Source: Eledone cirrhosa
Lineage: Eukaryota
DNA length: 64,000 nucleotides
Assembly: GCA_964016885.1 (NCBI GenBank)
Contig: OZ024743.1
Location: 139,128,001-139,192,000 of the forward strand
Direction of reading: 5' to 3'
Shown: in pieces, positions 25,301-38,600 of the stretch
How positions within the stretch are numbered: position 1 is the first letter of the stretch
Layout of the letters: each line of letters starts with the position of its first letter
Notes under the pieces: generated by a model
What the model was told of the DNA's origin: nothing
Database searches by the model: none
Seen by the model: only the letters and a program-made list of their open reading frames with translations
Program-made: the position numbers and the translations under genes

Positions 25301-26600
25301 TGGTGTTTGGTGCTTGGTGCTTGGTGTTTGGTGCTTGGTGCTTTGTTTTTGGTGCTTGGTGTTTGGTGCTTGGTGCTTGGTGCTTGGTGCTTGGTGTTAG
25401 CTGTTTGGTGCTTGGTGATTGGTGTTTGATGTTAGGTTCTTGGCGCTTGGTGTTTGGTGTTTGGTGCTTGCTGCTTGGTGTTTGGTGCTAGGGGCTTGGT
25501 GTTTGGTGCTTGGTGTTTGGTGCTTGGTGTTTGGTGCTTGGTACCTGGTGCTTGGTGTTTGGTGTTTGGTGCTTGGTGTTTGGTGCTTGGTGTTTGGTAC
25601 TTGGTGTTCGGTGCTTGGTGCTTGGTGCTTGGTGTTTGGTGTTTGGTGCTTGGTGCTTGGTGCTTGGTGTTTGATGTTTGGTCCTTGGTGCTTGGTGTTT
25701 GGTGTTGTGTGCTTGGTGCTTGGTGCTTGGTGTTTGGTGCTTGGTGCTTGGTGCTTGGTGTTTGGCGTTTGCTGTTTGCTGTTTGGTGTTTGGTGTTTGC
25801 TGTTTGGTGTTTGCTGTTTGGTGTTTGGTGTTTGGTGCTTGCTGTTTGGTGCTTGGTGCTTGGTGTTTGGTGTTTGGTGCTTGGTGTTTGGTGCTTGGTG
25901 CTTGGTGCTGGGTGTTTGGTGCTTGGTGCTTGGTGTTTGGTGTTTGGTGCTTGGTGCTTGGTGCTTGGTGTTTGGTCCTTGGTGCTTGGTGCTTGGTGTT
26001 TGTTGCTTGGGTTTTGGTGTTTGGTGCTTGGTGCTTGGTGTTTGGTGCTTGGTGCTTGGTGCTTGGTGCTTGGTGTTTGGTGCTTGCTGCTTGGTGCTTG
26101 GTGTTTGGTGCTTGGTGCTTGGTGATTAGTGTTTGGTGATTGGTGCTTGGGGTTTGGTGTTTGGGGCTTGGTGTTTGGTGCTTGGTGCTTGCTGTTTGGT
26201 GTTTGGTGTTTGGTTCTTGGTGCTTGGTGTTTGGTGTTTGGTGTTTGGTGCTTGGTGCTTGGTGCTTGGTGTTTGGTGCTTGGTGCTTGGTGCTTGGTGT
26301 TTGGTGCTGCGGGCTTGGTGTTTTGTGTTTGGTGCTTGGTGCCTGGTGCTTGTTGTTTGGTGTTTGGTGCTTAGTGCTTGGTGTTTGGTGTTTGGTGCTT
26401 GGTGCTTGGTGGCTGGTGTTTGGTGCTTGGTGTTTGGAGTTCGGTGCTTGGTGCTTGGTGCCTGGTGTTTCGTGCTTGGTGCTTGGTGCTTGGTGTTTGG
26501 TGTTTGGTGCTTGGTGTTTGGTGTTTGGTACTTGGTGCTTGGTGCTTGGTGCTTGGTGTTTGGTGCTTGGTGTTTGATGCTGCGTGCTTGGTGTTTGGTG
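19400..26600 (+). repeat. Variable-length higher-order repeat of about 1.8-2.4 kb (offsets 1791, 2443, 2051)
   Basis: Identical or near-identical 81-aa and 152-aa ORF translations start at 19844, 21635, 24078 and 26129. The private variant GTTTTATGC occurs at about 20420, 22211 and 24654. Confidence 0.85.
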
Positions 26601-29600
26601 TTTGGTGCTTGGTGCTTGGTGTTTGGTGTTTGGAGCTTGGTGCCTGGTGCTTGTTGTTTGGTGTTTGGCGCTTGGTGCTTGGTGTTTGGTGTTTGGTGCA
26701 TGGTGCTTGGTGCTTGGTATCTGGTGTTTGGTGCTTGATGTTTGGTGTTTGGTGCTTGGTGTTTGGTGTTTGGTGCTTGGTGCTTGGTGTTTGGTGCTTG
26801 GTGTTTGGTGTTTGGTGTTTGATGCTTGGTGTTTGCTGCTTGGTGCTTGGTGCTTGGTGTTTTGTGTTTGGTGTTTGATGCTGCGTGCTTGGTGTTTGGT
26901 GTTTGGTGCGTGGTGCTTGGTGTTTGGTGTTTGGAGCTTGGTGCCTGGTGCTTGATGTTTGGTGTTTGGTGCTTGGTGTTTGGTGTTTGGTGCTTGGTGC
27001 TTGGTGTTTGGTGCTTGGTGTTTGGTGTTTGGTGATTGATGCTTGGTGTTTGCTGCTTGCTGCTTGCTGCTTGGTGTTTGGTGCTAGGGGCTTGGTGCTT
27101 GGTGCTTGGTGTTTGGTGCTTGGTGCTTGGTGCCTGGTGCTTGGTGCTTGGTGCTTGTTGTTTGGTGCTTGGTGCTTGGTGATTAGTGTTTGGTGCTTGG
27201 TGCTTGCGGTTTGGTGTTTGGTGCTTGGGGTTTGGTGTTTGGTGCTTGGTGCTTGGTGTTTGGTGCTTGGTGCTTGGTGCTTGGTGTTTGGTGCTTGGTG
27301 TTTGGTGCTTGGTGCTTGGTGTTTGGTGTTTGGCGTTTGCTGTTTGCTGTTTGGTGTTTGGTGTTTGCTGTTTGGTGTTTGCTGTTTGGTTTTTGGTGTT
27401 TGGTGCTTGCTGTTTGGTGCTTGGTGCTTGGTGTTTGGTGTGCGGTGCTTGGTGCTTGGTGCTTGGTGTTTGGTGCTTGGTGCTTGGTGCTGGGTGTTTG
27501 GTGCTTGGTGCTTGGTGTTTGGTGCTTGGTGCTTGGTGCTTGGTGTTTGGTCCTTGGTGCATGGTGCTTGGTCTTTGGTGCTTGGTTTGTGGTGTTTGGT
27601 GCTTGGTGCTTGGTGTTTGGTGCTTGGTTCTTGGTGCTTGGTGCTTGGTGTTTGGTGATTGCTGCTTGGTGCTTGGTGTTTGGTGCTTGGTGATTAGTGT
27701 TTGGTGATTGGTGCTTGGGGTTTGCTGTTTGGTGCTTGGTGTTTGGTGCTTGGTGCTTGCTGTTTGGTGTTTGGTGTTTGGTTCTTGGTGCTTGGTGTTT
27801 GGTGTTTGGTATTTGGTGCTTGGTGCTTGGTGCTTGGTGTTTGGTGCTTGTTGCTTGGTGCTTGGTGTTTGGTGCTGCGTGCTTGGTGTTTGGTGTCTGG
27901 TGCTTGGTGCCTGGTGCTTGTTGTTTGGTGCTTAGTGCTTGGTGTTTGGTGTTTGGTGCTTGGTGCTTGGTGGCTGGTGCTTGGTGCTTGGTGTTTGGAG
28001 TTTGGTGCTTGGTGCTCGGTGCCTGGTGTTTCGTGCTTGGTGCTTGGTGCTTGGTGTTTGGTGTTTGGTGCTTGGTGTTTGGTGTTTGGTACTTGGTGCT
28101 TGGTGCTTGGTGTTTGGTGCTTGGTGTTTGATGCTGCGTGCTTGGTGTTTGGTGTTTGGTGCTTGGTGCTTGGTGTTTGGTGTTTGGAGCTTGGTGCCTG
28201 CTGCTTGTTGTTTGGTGTTTGGTGCTTGGTGCTTGGTGCTTGGTATCTGGTGTTTGGTGCTTGATGTTTGGTGTTTGGTGCTTGGTGCTTGGTGCTTGGT
28301 GTTTGGTGTTTGGTGCTTGGTGCTTGGTGTTTGGTGCTTGGTGTTTGGTGTTTGGTGTTTGATGCTTGGTGTTTGCTGCTTGGTGCTTGGTGCTTGGTGT
28401 TTTGTGTTTGGTGCTTGGTGCTTGTTGTTTGGTGCTTGGTGCTTGGTGATTAGTGTTTGGTGCTTGGTGCTTGCGGTTTGATGTTTGGTGCTTGGGGTTT
28501 GGTGTTTGGTGCTTGGTGCTTGGTGTTTGGTGCTTGGTGCTTGGTGCTTGGTGTTTGGTGCTTGGTGCTTGGTGTCTGGTGCTTGGTGCTTGGTGTTTGG
28601 TGCTTGGTGTTTGGTGTTTGGTGCTTGGTGCTTGGTGCTTGGTGTTAGGTGTTTGGTGCTTGGTGCTTGGTGTTTGATGTTTGGTCCTTGGTGCTTGGTG
28701 TTTGGTGTTTGTTGCTTGGTGCTTGGTGTTTGGTGTTTGGTGCTTGCTGCTTGCTGCTTGGTGTTTGGTGCTTGGTGATTGGTGCTTGGTGTTTTGTGCT
28801 TGGTGCTTGGTGTTTGGTGTTTGGTGCTAGGGGCTTGGTGCTTGGTGCTTGGTGTTTGGTGCTTGGTGCTTGCTGTTTGGTGCTTGGTGTTTGGTGATTG
28901 GTGTTTGGGGCTTGGTGTTCGGTGCTTGGTGCTTGGTGCTTGGGGCTTGGTGTTTGGTGTTTGGTGCTTGGTGCTTGGTGTTTGATGTTGGTTCCTTGGT
29001 GCTTGGTGTTTGGTGTTTGGTGTTTGGTGTTTGGTGTTTGGTGCTTGGTGCTTGGTGTTTGGTGTTTGGTGCTTGGTGCTTGGGGCTTGGTGTTTGGTGC
29101 TTGGTGCTTGGTGTTTGGTGCTTCTGCTTGGGGCTTGGTAGTTGGTGCTTGGTGCTTGGTGCCTGGTGTTTGGTGTTTCGTGTTTGGTGCTTGGTGTATG
29201 GTGCTTGGTGCTTGGTGCTGGGTGGTTGGTGTTTGGTGCTTGGTGCTTGGTGTTTGGTGCTTGGTGCTTGGTGCTTGTTGTTTGGTGCTTGGTGCTTGGT
29301 GCTTGGTCTTTGGTGCATGGTGTTTGGTGTTTGGCGCTTGGTGCTTGGTGCTTCGTGATTGGTGCTTGGTGCTTGGTGTTTGGTGCTTGGTGCTTGGTGA
29401 TTAGTGTTTGTTGCTTGGTGCTTGGGGTTTGGTGGTTGGTGCTTGGTGCTTGGTGTTTGGTGTTTGATGTTTGGTGTTTGGTGTTTGCTGTATGGTGTTT
29501 GGTGTTTCGTATTTGGTTTTTGCTGTTTGGTGTTTGGTGTTTGCTGTTTGGTGTTTGGTGTTTGGTGTTTGGTGCTTGGTGCTTGGTGCTTGGTGTTTGG

Positions 29601-32600
29601 CGTTTGGTGCTTGGTGCTTGGTGTTTGGTGCTTCGTGCTTGGTGTTTGGTGTTTGGTGCTTGGTGCCTGGTGCTTGTTGTATGGTGTTTGGTGCTTGGTG
29701 CTTGGTGTTTGGTGTTTGCTGCTTGGTGTCTGGTGTTTGGTGCTTGGTGTTTGGTGTTTGGTGCTTGGTGCTTGGTGCTTGGTGTTTGGTGTTTGGTGCT
29801 TGGTGCTTGGTGTTTGGTGTTTGGTGCTGGGTGCATGGAGTTTGGTGCTTGGTGCTTAGTGCTTGGTGTTTGGTGTTTGGTGCTTGGTATTTGGTGTTTG
29901 GTGTTTGATGCTTGGTGTGTGGTGCTTGGTGCTTGGTGTTTTGTGTTTGGTGCTTGGTGCTTGGTGACTGGTGCTTGGTGCTTGGTGCTTGTTGTTTGGT
30001 GCTTGGTGCTTGGTGATTAGTGTTTGGTGCTTGGTGCTTGGTGTTTGGTGCTTGGTGTTTGGTGCTTGGTGCCTGGTGCTTGGTGTTTGTTGTTTGATGC
30101 TTGGTGTTTGGTGTTTGGTGTTTGGTACTTGGTGTTCGGTGCTTGGTGCTTGGTGCTTGGTGCTTGGTGTTTGGTGTTTGGTGCTTGGTGCTTGGTGTTT
30201 GATGTTTGGTCCTTGGTGCTTGGTGTTTGGTGTTGTGTGCTTGGTGCTTGGTGGTTGGTGTTTGGTGCTTGGTGCTTGGTGCTTGGTGTTTGGTGCCTAG
30301 TGTTTGATGCTGCGTGCTTGGTGTTTGGTGTTTGGTGCTTGGTGCTTGGTGTTTGGTGTTTGGAGCTTGGTGCCTGGTGCTTGTTGTTTGGTGTTTGGCG
30401 CTTGGTGCTTGGTGTTTGGTGCTTGGTGCTTGGTGTTTGGTGTTTGGTGCTTGGTGTTTGGCGCTTGGTGCTTGGTGTTTGGTGTTTGGTGCTTGGGGTT
30501 TGGTGTTTGGTGCTTGGGGTTTGGTGTTTGGTGCTTGGTGCATGGTGTTTGGTGCTTGGTGCTTGGTGTTTGGTGCTTGGTGCTTTGTGTTTGGTGCTTG
30601 GTCTTTGGTGCTTGGTGCTTGGTGCTTGGTGCTTGGTGTTAGGTGTTTGGTGCTTGGTGATTGGTGTTTGATGTTAGGTTCTTGGTGCTTGGTGTTTGGT
30701 GTTTGGTGCTTGGTGCTTGGTGTTTGGTGTTTGGTGCTTGCTGCTTGGTGCTTGGTGTTTTGTGTTTGGAGTTTGGTGATTGGTGTTTGGTGCTTGGTGC
30801 TTGGTGTTTGGTGTTTGGTGCCTGGTGCTTGGTGTTTGGTGCTTGGTGTTTGGTGTTTGGTGATTGGTGCTTGGTGTTTGGTGCTTGGTGCATGGTGCTT
30901 GGTGCTTGGTGTTAGGCGTTTGGTGCTTGGTGCTTGGTGTTTGATGTTTGGTCCTTGGTGCTTGGTGTTTGGTATTTGGTGCTTGGTGCTTGGTGTTTGG
31001 TGTTTGGTGCTTGCTGCTTGTTGCTTGGTGTTTGGTGCTAGGGGCTTGGTGCTTGGTGTTTGATGTTTGGTCCTTGGTGCTTGGTGTTTGGTATTTGGTG
31101 CTTGGTGCTTGGTGTTTGGTGTTTGGTGCCTGCTGCTTGCTGCTTGGTGTTTGGTGCTAGGGGCTTGGTGTTTGGTGCTTGGTGTTTGGTGCTTGGTGTT
31201 TGGTGCTTGGTGCCTGGTGATTGGTGTTTGGTGTTTGGTGCTTGGTGTTTGGTGCTTGGTGTTTGGTACTTGGTGTTCGGTGCTTGGTGCTTGGTGCTTG
31301 GTGTTTGGTGTTTGGTGCTTGGTGCTTGGTGCTTGGTGTTTGATGTTTGGTCCTTGGTGCTTGGTGTTTGGTGTTGTGTGCTTGGTGCTTGGTGCTTGGT
31401 GTTTGGTGCTTGGTGCTTGGTGCTTGGTGTTTGGCGTTTGCTGTTTGCTGTTTGGTGTTTGGTGTTTGCTGTTTGGTGTTTGCTGTTTGGTGTTTGGTGT
31501 TTGGTGCTTGCTGTTTGGTGCTTGGTGCTTGGTGTTTGGTGTTTGGTGCTTGGTGTTTGGTGCTTGGTGCTTGGTGCTGGGTGTTTGGTGCTTGGTGCTT
31601 GGTGTTTGGTGCTTGGTGCTTGGTGCTTGGTGTTTGGTCCTTGGTGCTTGGTGCTTGGTGTTTGGTGCTTGGGTTTTGGTGTTTGGTGCTTGGTGCTTGG
31701 TGTTTGGTGCTTGGTGCTTGGTGCTTGGTGCTTGGTGTTTGGTGCTTGCTGCTTGGTGCTTGGTGTTTGGTGCTTGGTGCTTGGTGATTAGTGTTTGGTG
31801 ATTGGTGCTTGGGGTTTGGTGTTTGGGGCTTGGTGTTTGGTGCTTGGTGCTTGCTGTTTGGTGTTTGGTGTTTGGTTCTTGGTGCTTGGTGTTTGGTGTT
31901 TGGTGTTTGGTGCTTGGTGCTTGGTGCTTGGTGTTTGGTGCTTGGTGCTTGGGGCTTGGTGTTTGGTGCTGCGGGCTTGGTGTTTGGTGTTTGGTGCTTG
32001 GTGCCTGGTGCTTGTTGTTTGGTGTTTGGTGCTTAGTGCTTGGTGTTTGGTGTTTGGTGCTTGGTGCTTGGTGGCTGGTGTTTGGTGCTTGGTGTTTGGA
32101 GTTCGGTGCTTGGTGCTTGGTGCCTGGTGTTTCGTGCTTGGTGCTTGGTGCTTGGTGTTTGGTGTTTGGTGCTTGGTGTTTGGTGTTTGGTACTTGGTGC
32201 TTGGTGCTTGGTGCTTGGTGTTTGGTGCTTGGTGTTTGATGCTGCGTGCTTGGTGTTTGGTGTTTGGTGCTTGGTGCTTGGTGTTTGGTGTTTGGAGCTT
32301 GGTGCCTGGTGCTTGTTGTTTGGTGTTTTGCGCTTGGTGCTTGGTGTTTGGTGTTTGGTGCATGGTGCTTGGTGCTTGGTATCTGGTGTTTGGTGCTTGA
32401 TGTTTGGTGTTTGGTGCTTGGTGTTTGGTGTTTGGTGCTTGGTGCTTGGTGTTTGGTGCTTGGTGTTTGGTGTTTGGTGTTTGATGCTTGGTGTTTGCTG
32501 CTTGGTGCTTGGTGCTTGGTGTTTTGTGTTTGGTGTTTGATGCTGCGTGCTTGGTGTTTGGTGTTTGGTGCGTGGTGCTTGGTGTTTGGTGTTTGGAGCT

Positions 32601-35600
32601 TGGTGACTGGTGCTTGTTGTTTGGTGTTTGGCGCTTGGTGCTTGGTGTTTGGTGTTTGGTGCTTTGTACTTGGTGCTTGGTATCTGGTGTTTGGTGCTTG
32701 ATGTTTGGTGTTTGGTGCTTGGTGTTTGGTTTTTGGTGCTTGGTGCTTGGTGTTTGGTGCTTGGTGTTTGGTGTTTGGTGATTGATGCTTGGTGTTTGCT
32801 GCTTGCTGCTTGCTGCTTGGTGTTTGGTGCTAGGGGCTTGGTGCTTGGTGATTGGTGTTTGGTGCTTGGTGCTTGGTGCCTGGTGCTTGGTGCTTGGTGC
32901 TTGTTGTTTGGTGCTTGGTGCTTGGTGATTAGTGTTTGGTGCTTGGTGCTTGCGGTTTGGTGTTTGGTGCTTGGGGTTTGGTGTTTGGTGCTTGGTGCTT
33001 GGTGTTTGGTGCTTGGTGCTTGGTGCTTGGTGTTTGGTGCTTGGTGTTTGGTGCTTGGTGCTTGGTGTTTGGTGTTTGGCGTTTGCTGTTTGCTGTTTGG
33101 TGTTTGGTGTTTGCTGTTTGGTGTTTGCTGTTTGGTTTTTGGTGTTTGGTGCTTGCTGTTTGGTGCTTGGTGCTTGGTGTTTGGTGTTCGGTGCTTGGTG
33201 CTTGGTGCTTGGTGTTTGGTGCTTGGTGCTGGGTGTTTGGTGCTTGGTGCTTGGTGTTTGGTGCTTGGTGCTTGGTGCTTGGTGTTTGGTCCTTGGTGCA
33301 TGGTGCTTGGTCTTTGGTGCTTGGGTTGTGGTGTTTGGTGCTTGGTGCTTGGTGTTTGGTGCTTGGTTCTTGGTGCTTGGTGCTTGGTGTTTGGTGATTG
33401 CTGCTTGGTGCTTGGTGTTTGGTGCTTGGTGCTTGGTGATTAGTGTTTGGTGATTGGTGCTTGGGGTTTGCTGTTTGGTGCTTGGTGTTTGGTGCTTGGT
33501 GCTTGCTGTTTGGTGTTTGGTGTTTGGTTCTTGGTGCTTGGTGTTTGGTGTTTGGTGTTTGGTGCTTGGTGCTTGGTGCTTGGTGTTTGGTGCTTGTTGC
33601 TTGGTGCTTGGTGTTTGGTGCTGCGTGCTTGGTGTTTGGTGTTTGGTGCTTGGTGCCTGGTGCTTGTTGTTTGGTGCTTAGTGCTTGGTGTTTGGTGTTT
33701 GGTGCTTGGTGCTTGGTGGCTGGTGCTTGGTGCTTGGTGTTTGGAGTTTGGTGCTTGGTGCTCGGTGCCTGGTGTTTCGTGCTTGGTGCTTGGTGCTTGG
33801 TGTTTGGTGTTTGGTGCTTGGTGTTTGGTGTTTGGTACTTGGTGCTTGGTGCCTGGTGTTTGGTGCTTGGTGTTTGATGCTGTGTGCTTAGTGTTTGGTG
33901 TTTGGTGCTTGGTGCTTGGTGTTTGGTGTTTGGAGCTTGGTGCCTGCTGCTTGTTGTTTGGTGTTTGGTGCTTGGTGCTTGGTGCTTGGTGCTTGGTATC
34001 TGGTGTTTGGTGCTTGATGTTTGGTGTTTGGTGCTTGGTGCTTGGTGCTTGGTGTTTGGTGTTTGGTGCTTGGTGCTTGGTGTTTGGTGCTTGGTGTTTG
34101 GTGTTTGGTGTTTGATGCTTGGTGTTTGCTGCTTGGTGCTTGGTGCTTGGTGTTTTGTGTTTGGTGCTTGGTGCTTGTTGTTTGGTGCTTGGTGCTTGGT
34201 GATTAGTGTTTGGTGCTTGGTGCTTGCGGTTTGATGTTTGGTGCTTGGGGTTTGGTGTTTGGTGCTTGGTGCTTGGTGTTTGGTGCTTGGTGCTTGGTGC
34301 TTGGTGTTTGGTGCTTGGTGCTTGGTGTCTGGTGCTTGGTGCTTGGTGTTTGGTGCTTGGTGTTTGGTGTTTGGTGCTTGGTGCTTGGTGCTTGGTGTTA
34401 GGTGTTTGGTGCTTGGTGCTTGGTGTTTGATGTTTGGTCCTTGGTGCTTGGTGTTTGGTGTTTGTTGCTTGGTGCTTGGTGTTTGGTGTTTGGTGCTTGC
34501 TGCTTGCTGCTTGGTGTTTGGTGCTTGGTGATTGGTGCTTGGTGTTTTGTGCTTGGTGCTTGGTGTTTGGTGTTTGGTGCTAGGGGCTTGGTGCTTGGTG
34601 CTTGGTGTTTGGTGCTTGGTGCTTGCTGTTTGGTGCTTGGTGTTTGGTGCTTGGTGTTTGGGGCTTGGTGTTCGGTGCTTGGTGCTTGGTGCTTGGGGCT
34701 TGGTGTTTGGTGTTTGGTGCTTGGTGCTTGGTGTTTGATGTTGGGTCCTTGGTGCTTGGTGTTTGGTGTTTGGTGTTTGGTGTTTGGTGTTTGGTGTTTG
34801 GTGCTTGGTGCTTGGTGTTTTGTGTTTGGTGCTTGGTGCTTGGGGCTTGGTGTTTGGTGCTTGGTGCTTGGTGTTTGGTGCTTCTGCTTGGGGCTTGGTA
34901 GTTGGTGCTTGGTGCTTGGTGCCTGGTGTTTGGTGTTTCGTGTTTGGTGCTTGGTGTATGGTGCTTGGTGCTTGGTGCTGGGTGGTTGGTGTTTGGTGCT
35001 TGGTGCTTGGTGTTTGGTGCTTGGTGCTTGGTGCTTGTTGTTTGGTGCTTGGTGCTTGGTGCTTCGTGATTGGTGCTTGGTGCTTGGTGTTTGGTGCTTG
35101 GTGCTTGGTGATTAGTGTTTGTTGCTTGGTGCTTGGGGTTTGGTGGTTGGTGCTTGGTGCTTGGTGTTTGGTGTTTGGTGTTTGGTGTTTGGTGTTTGCT
35201 GTATGGTGTTTGCTGTTTCGTATTTGGTTTTTGCTGTTTGGTGTTTGGTATTTGGTGTTTGGTGTTTGGTGTTTGGTGTTTGGTGCTTGGTGCTTGGTGC
35301 TTGGTGTTTGGCGTTTGGTGCTTGGTGCTTGGTATTTGGTGCTTCGTGCTTGGTGTTTGGTGTTTGGTGCTTGGTGCCTGGTGCTTGTTGTATGGTGCTT
35401 GGTGCTTGGTGATTAGTGTTTGGTGCTTGGTGCTTGGTGTTTGGTGCTTGGTGTTTGGTGCTTGGTGCCTGGTGCTTGGTGTTTGGTGTTTGATGCTTGG
35501 TGTTTGGTGTTTGGTGTTTGGTACTTGGTGTTCGGTGCTTGGTGCTTGGTGCTTGGTGCTTGGTGTTTGGTGTTTGGTGCTTGGTGCTTGGTGTTTGATG

Positions 35601-38600
35601 TTTGGTCCTTGGTGCTTGGTGTTTGGTGTTGTGTGCTTGGTGCTTGGTGGTTGGTGTTTGGTGCTTGGTGCTTGGTGCTTGGTGTTTGGTGCTTGGTGTT
35701 TGATGCTGCGTGCTTGGTGTTTGGTGTTTGGTGCTTGGTGCTTGGTGTTTGGTGTTTGGAGCTTGGTGCCTGGTGCTTGTTGTTTGGTGTTTGGCGCCTG
35801 GTGCTTGGTGTTTGGTGTTTGGTGCTTGGTGCTTGGTGCTTGGTATCTGGTGTTTGGTGCTTGATGTTTGGTGTTTGGTGCTTGGTGTTTGGTGTTTGGT
35901 GCTTGGTGCTTGGTGTTTGGTGCTTGGTGTTTGGTGTTTGGTGTTTGATGCTTGGTGTTTGCTGCTTGGTGCTTGGTGCTTGGTGTTTTGTTTTTGGTGT
36001 TTGATGCTGCATGCTTGGTGTTTGGTGTTTGGTGCTTGGTGCTTGGTGTTTGGTGTTTGGAGCTTGGTGCCTGGTGCTTGTTGTTTGGTGTTTGGCGCTT
36101 GGTGCTTGGTGTTTGGTGTTTGGTGCTTGGTGCTTGGTGCTTGGTATCTGGTGTTAGGTGCTTGATGTTTGGTGTTTGGTGCTTGGTGTTTGGTGTTTGG
36201 TGCATGGTGCTTGGTGTTTGGTGCTTGGTGTTTGGTGTTTGGTGTTTGATGCTTGGTGTTTGCTGCTGGCTGCTTGCTGCTTGGTGTTTGGTGCTAGGGG
36301 CTTGGTGCTTGGTGCTTGGTGTTTGGTGCTTGGTGCTTGGTGCCTGGTGCTTGGTGCTTGGTGCTTGTTGTTTGGTGCTTGGTGCTTGGTGATTAGTGTT
36401 TGGTGCTTGGTGCTTGCGGTTTGGTGTTTGGTGCTTGGGGTTTGGTGTTTGGTGCTTGGTGCTTGGTGTTTGGTGCTTGGTGCTTGGTGCTTGGTGTTTG
36501 GTGCTTGGTGCTTGGTGTTTGGTGCTTGGTGCTTGGTGTTTGGTGTTTGGTGCTTGCTGCTTGGTGCTTGGTGTTTTGTGTTTGGAGTTTGGTGATTGGT
36601 GTTTGGTGCTTGGTGCTTGGTGTTTGGTGTTTGGTGCCTGGTGCTTGGTGTTTGGTGCTTGGTGTTTGGTGTTTGGTGATTGGTGCTTGGTGTTTGGTGC
36701 TTGGTGCATGGTGCTTGGTGCTTGGTGTTAGGCGTTTGGTGCTTGGTGCTTGGTGTTTGATGTTTGGTCCTTGGTGCTTGGTGTTTGGTATTTGGTGCTT
36801 GGTGCTTGGTGTTTGGTGTTTGGTGCTTGCTGCTTGTTGCTTGGTGTTTGGTGCTAGGGGCTTGGTGCTTGTTGTTTGATGTTTGGTCCTTGGTGCTTGG
36901 TGTTTGGTATTTGGTGCTTGGTGCTTGGTGTTTGGTGTTTGGTGCCTGCTGCTTGCTGCTTGGTGTTTGGTGCTAGGGGCTTGGTGTTTGGTGCTTGGTG
37001 TTTGGTGCTTGGTGTTTGGTGCTTGGTGCCTGGTGATTGGTGTTTGGTGTTTGGTGCTTGGTGTTTGGTGCTTGGTGTTTGGTACTTGGTGTTCGGTGCT
37101 TGGTGCTTGGTGCTTGGTGTTTGGTGTTTGGTGCTTGGTGCTTGGTGCTTGGTGTTTGATGTTTGGTCCTTGGTGCTTGGTGTTTGGTGTTGTGTGCTTG
37201 GTGCTTGGTGCTTGGTGTTTGGTGCTTGGTGCTTGGTGCTTGGTGTTTGGCGTTTGCTGTTTGCTGTTTGGTGTTTGGTGTTTGCTGTTTGGTGTTTGCT
37301 GTTTGGTGTTTGGTGTTTGGTGCTTGCTGTTTGGTGCTTGGTGCTTGGTGTTTGGTGTTTGGTGCTTGGTGTTTGGTGCTTGGTGCTTGGTGCTGGGTGT
37401 TTGGTGCTTGGTGCTTGGTGTTTGGTGCTTGGTGCTTGGTGCTTGGTGTTTGGTCCTTGGTGCTTGGTGCTTGGTGTTTGGTGCTTGGGTTTTGGTGTTT
37501 GGTGCTTGGTGCTTGGTGTTTGGTGCTTGGTGCTTGGTGCTTGGTGCTTGGTGTTTGGTGCTTGCTGCTTGGTGCTTGGTGTTTGGTGCTTGGTGCTTGG
37601 TGATTAGTGTTTGGTGATTGGTGCTTGGGGTTTGGTGTTTGGGGCTTGGTGTTTGGTGCTTGGTGCTTGCTGTTTGGTGTTTGGTGTTTGGTTCTTGGTG
37701 CTTGGTGTTTGGTGTTTGGTGTTTGGTGCTTGGTGCTTGGTGCTTGGTATTTGGTGCTTGGTGCTTGGGGCTTGGTGTTTGGTGCTGCGGGCTTGGTGTT
37801 TGGTGTTTGGTGCTTGGGGCCTGGTGCTTGTTGTTTGGTGTTTGGTGCTTAGTGCTTGGTGTTTGGTGTTTGGTGCTTGGTGCTTGGTGGCTGGTGTTTG
37901 GTGCTTGGTGTTTGGAGTTCGGTGCTTGGTGCTTGGTGCCTGGTGTTTCGTGCTTGGTGCTTGGTGCTTGGTGTTTGGTGTTTGGTGCTTGGTGTTTGGT
38001 GTTTGGTACTTGGTGCTTGGTGCTTGGTGCTTGGTGTTTGGTGCTTGGTGTTTGATGCTGCGTGCTTGGTGTTTGGTGTTTGGTGCTTGGTGCTTGGTGT
38101 TTGGTGTTTGGAGCTTGGTGCCTGGTGCTTGTTGTTTGGTGTTTTGCGCTTGGTGCTTGGTGTTTGGTGTTTGGTGCATGGTGCTTGGTGCTTGGTATCT
38201 GGTGTTTGGTGCTTGATGTTTGGTGTTTGGTGCTTGGTGTTTGGTGTTTGGTGCTTGGTGCTTGGTGTTTGGTGCTTGGTGTTTGGTGTTTGGTGTTTGA
38301 TGCTTGGTGTTTGCTGCTTGGTGCTTGGTGCTTGGTGTTTTGTGTTTGGTGTTTGATGCTGCGTGCTTGGTGTTTGGTGTTTGGTGCGTGGTGCTTGGTG
38401 TTTGGTGTTTGGAGCTTGGTGACTGGTGCTTGTTGTTTGGTGTTTGGCGCTTGGTGCTTGGTGTTTGGTGTTTGGTGCTTTGTACTTGGTGCTTGGTATC
38501 TGGTGTTTGGTGCTTGATGTTTGGTGTTTGGTGCTTGGTGTTTGGTTTTTGGTGCTTGGTGCTTGGTGTTTGGTGCTTGGTGTTTGGTGTTTGGTGATTG

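Noticed and set aside
34580-36709. 709-aa minus-strand ORF and similar ones, superficially like a mucin or the RNA polymerase II CTD heptad
   Set aside because: The DNA period is 7 bp rather than 21 bp, there is no codon-position bias, the other frames encode the same peptide, and the ATG starts are chance variants (GCATGG). It is not YSPTSPS.
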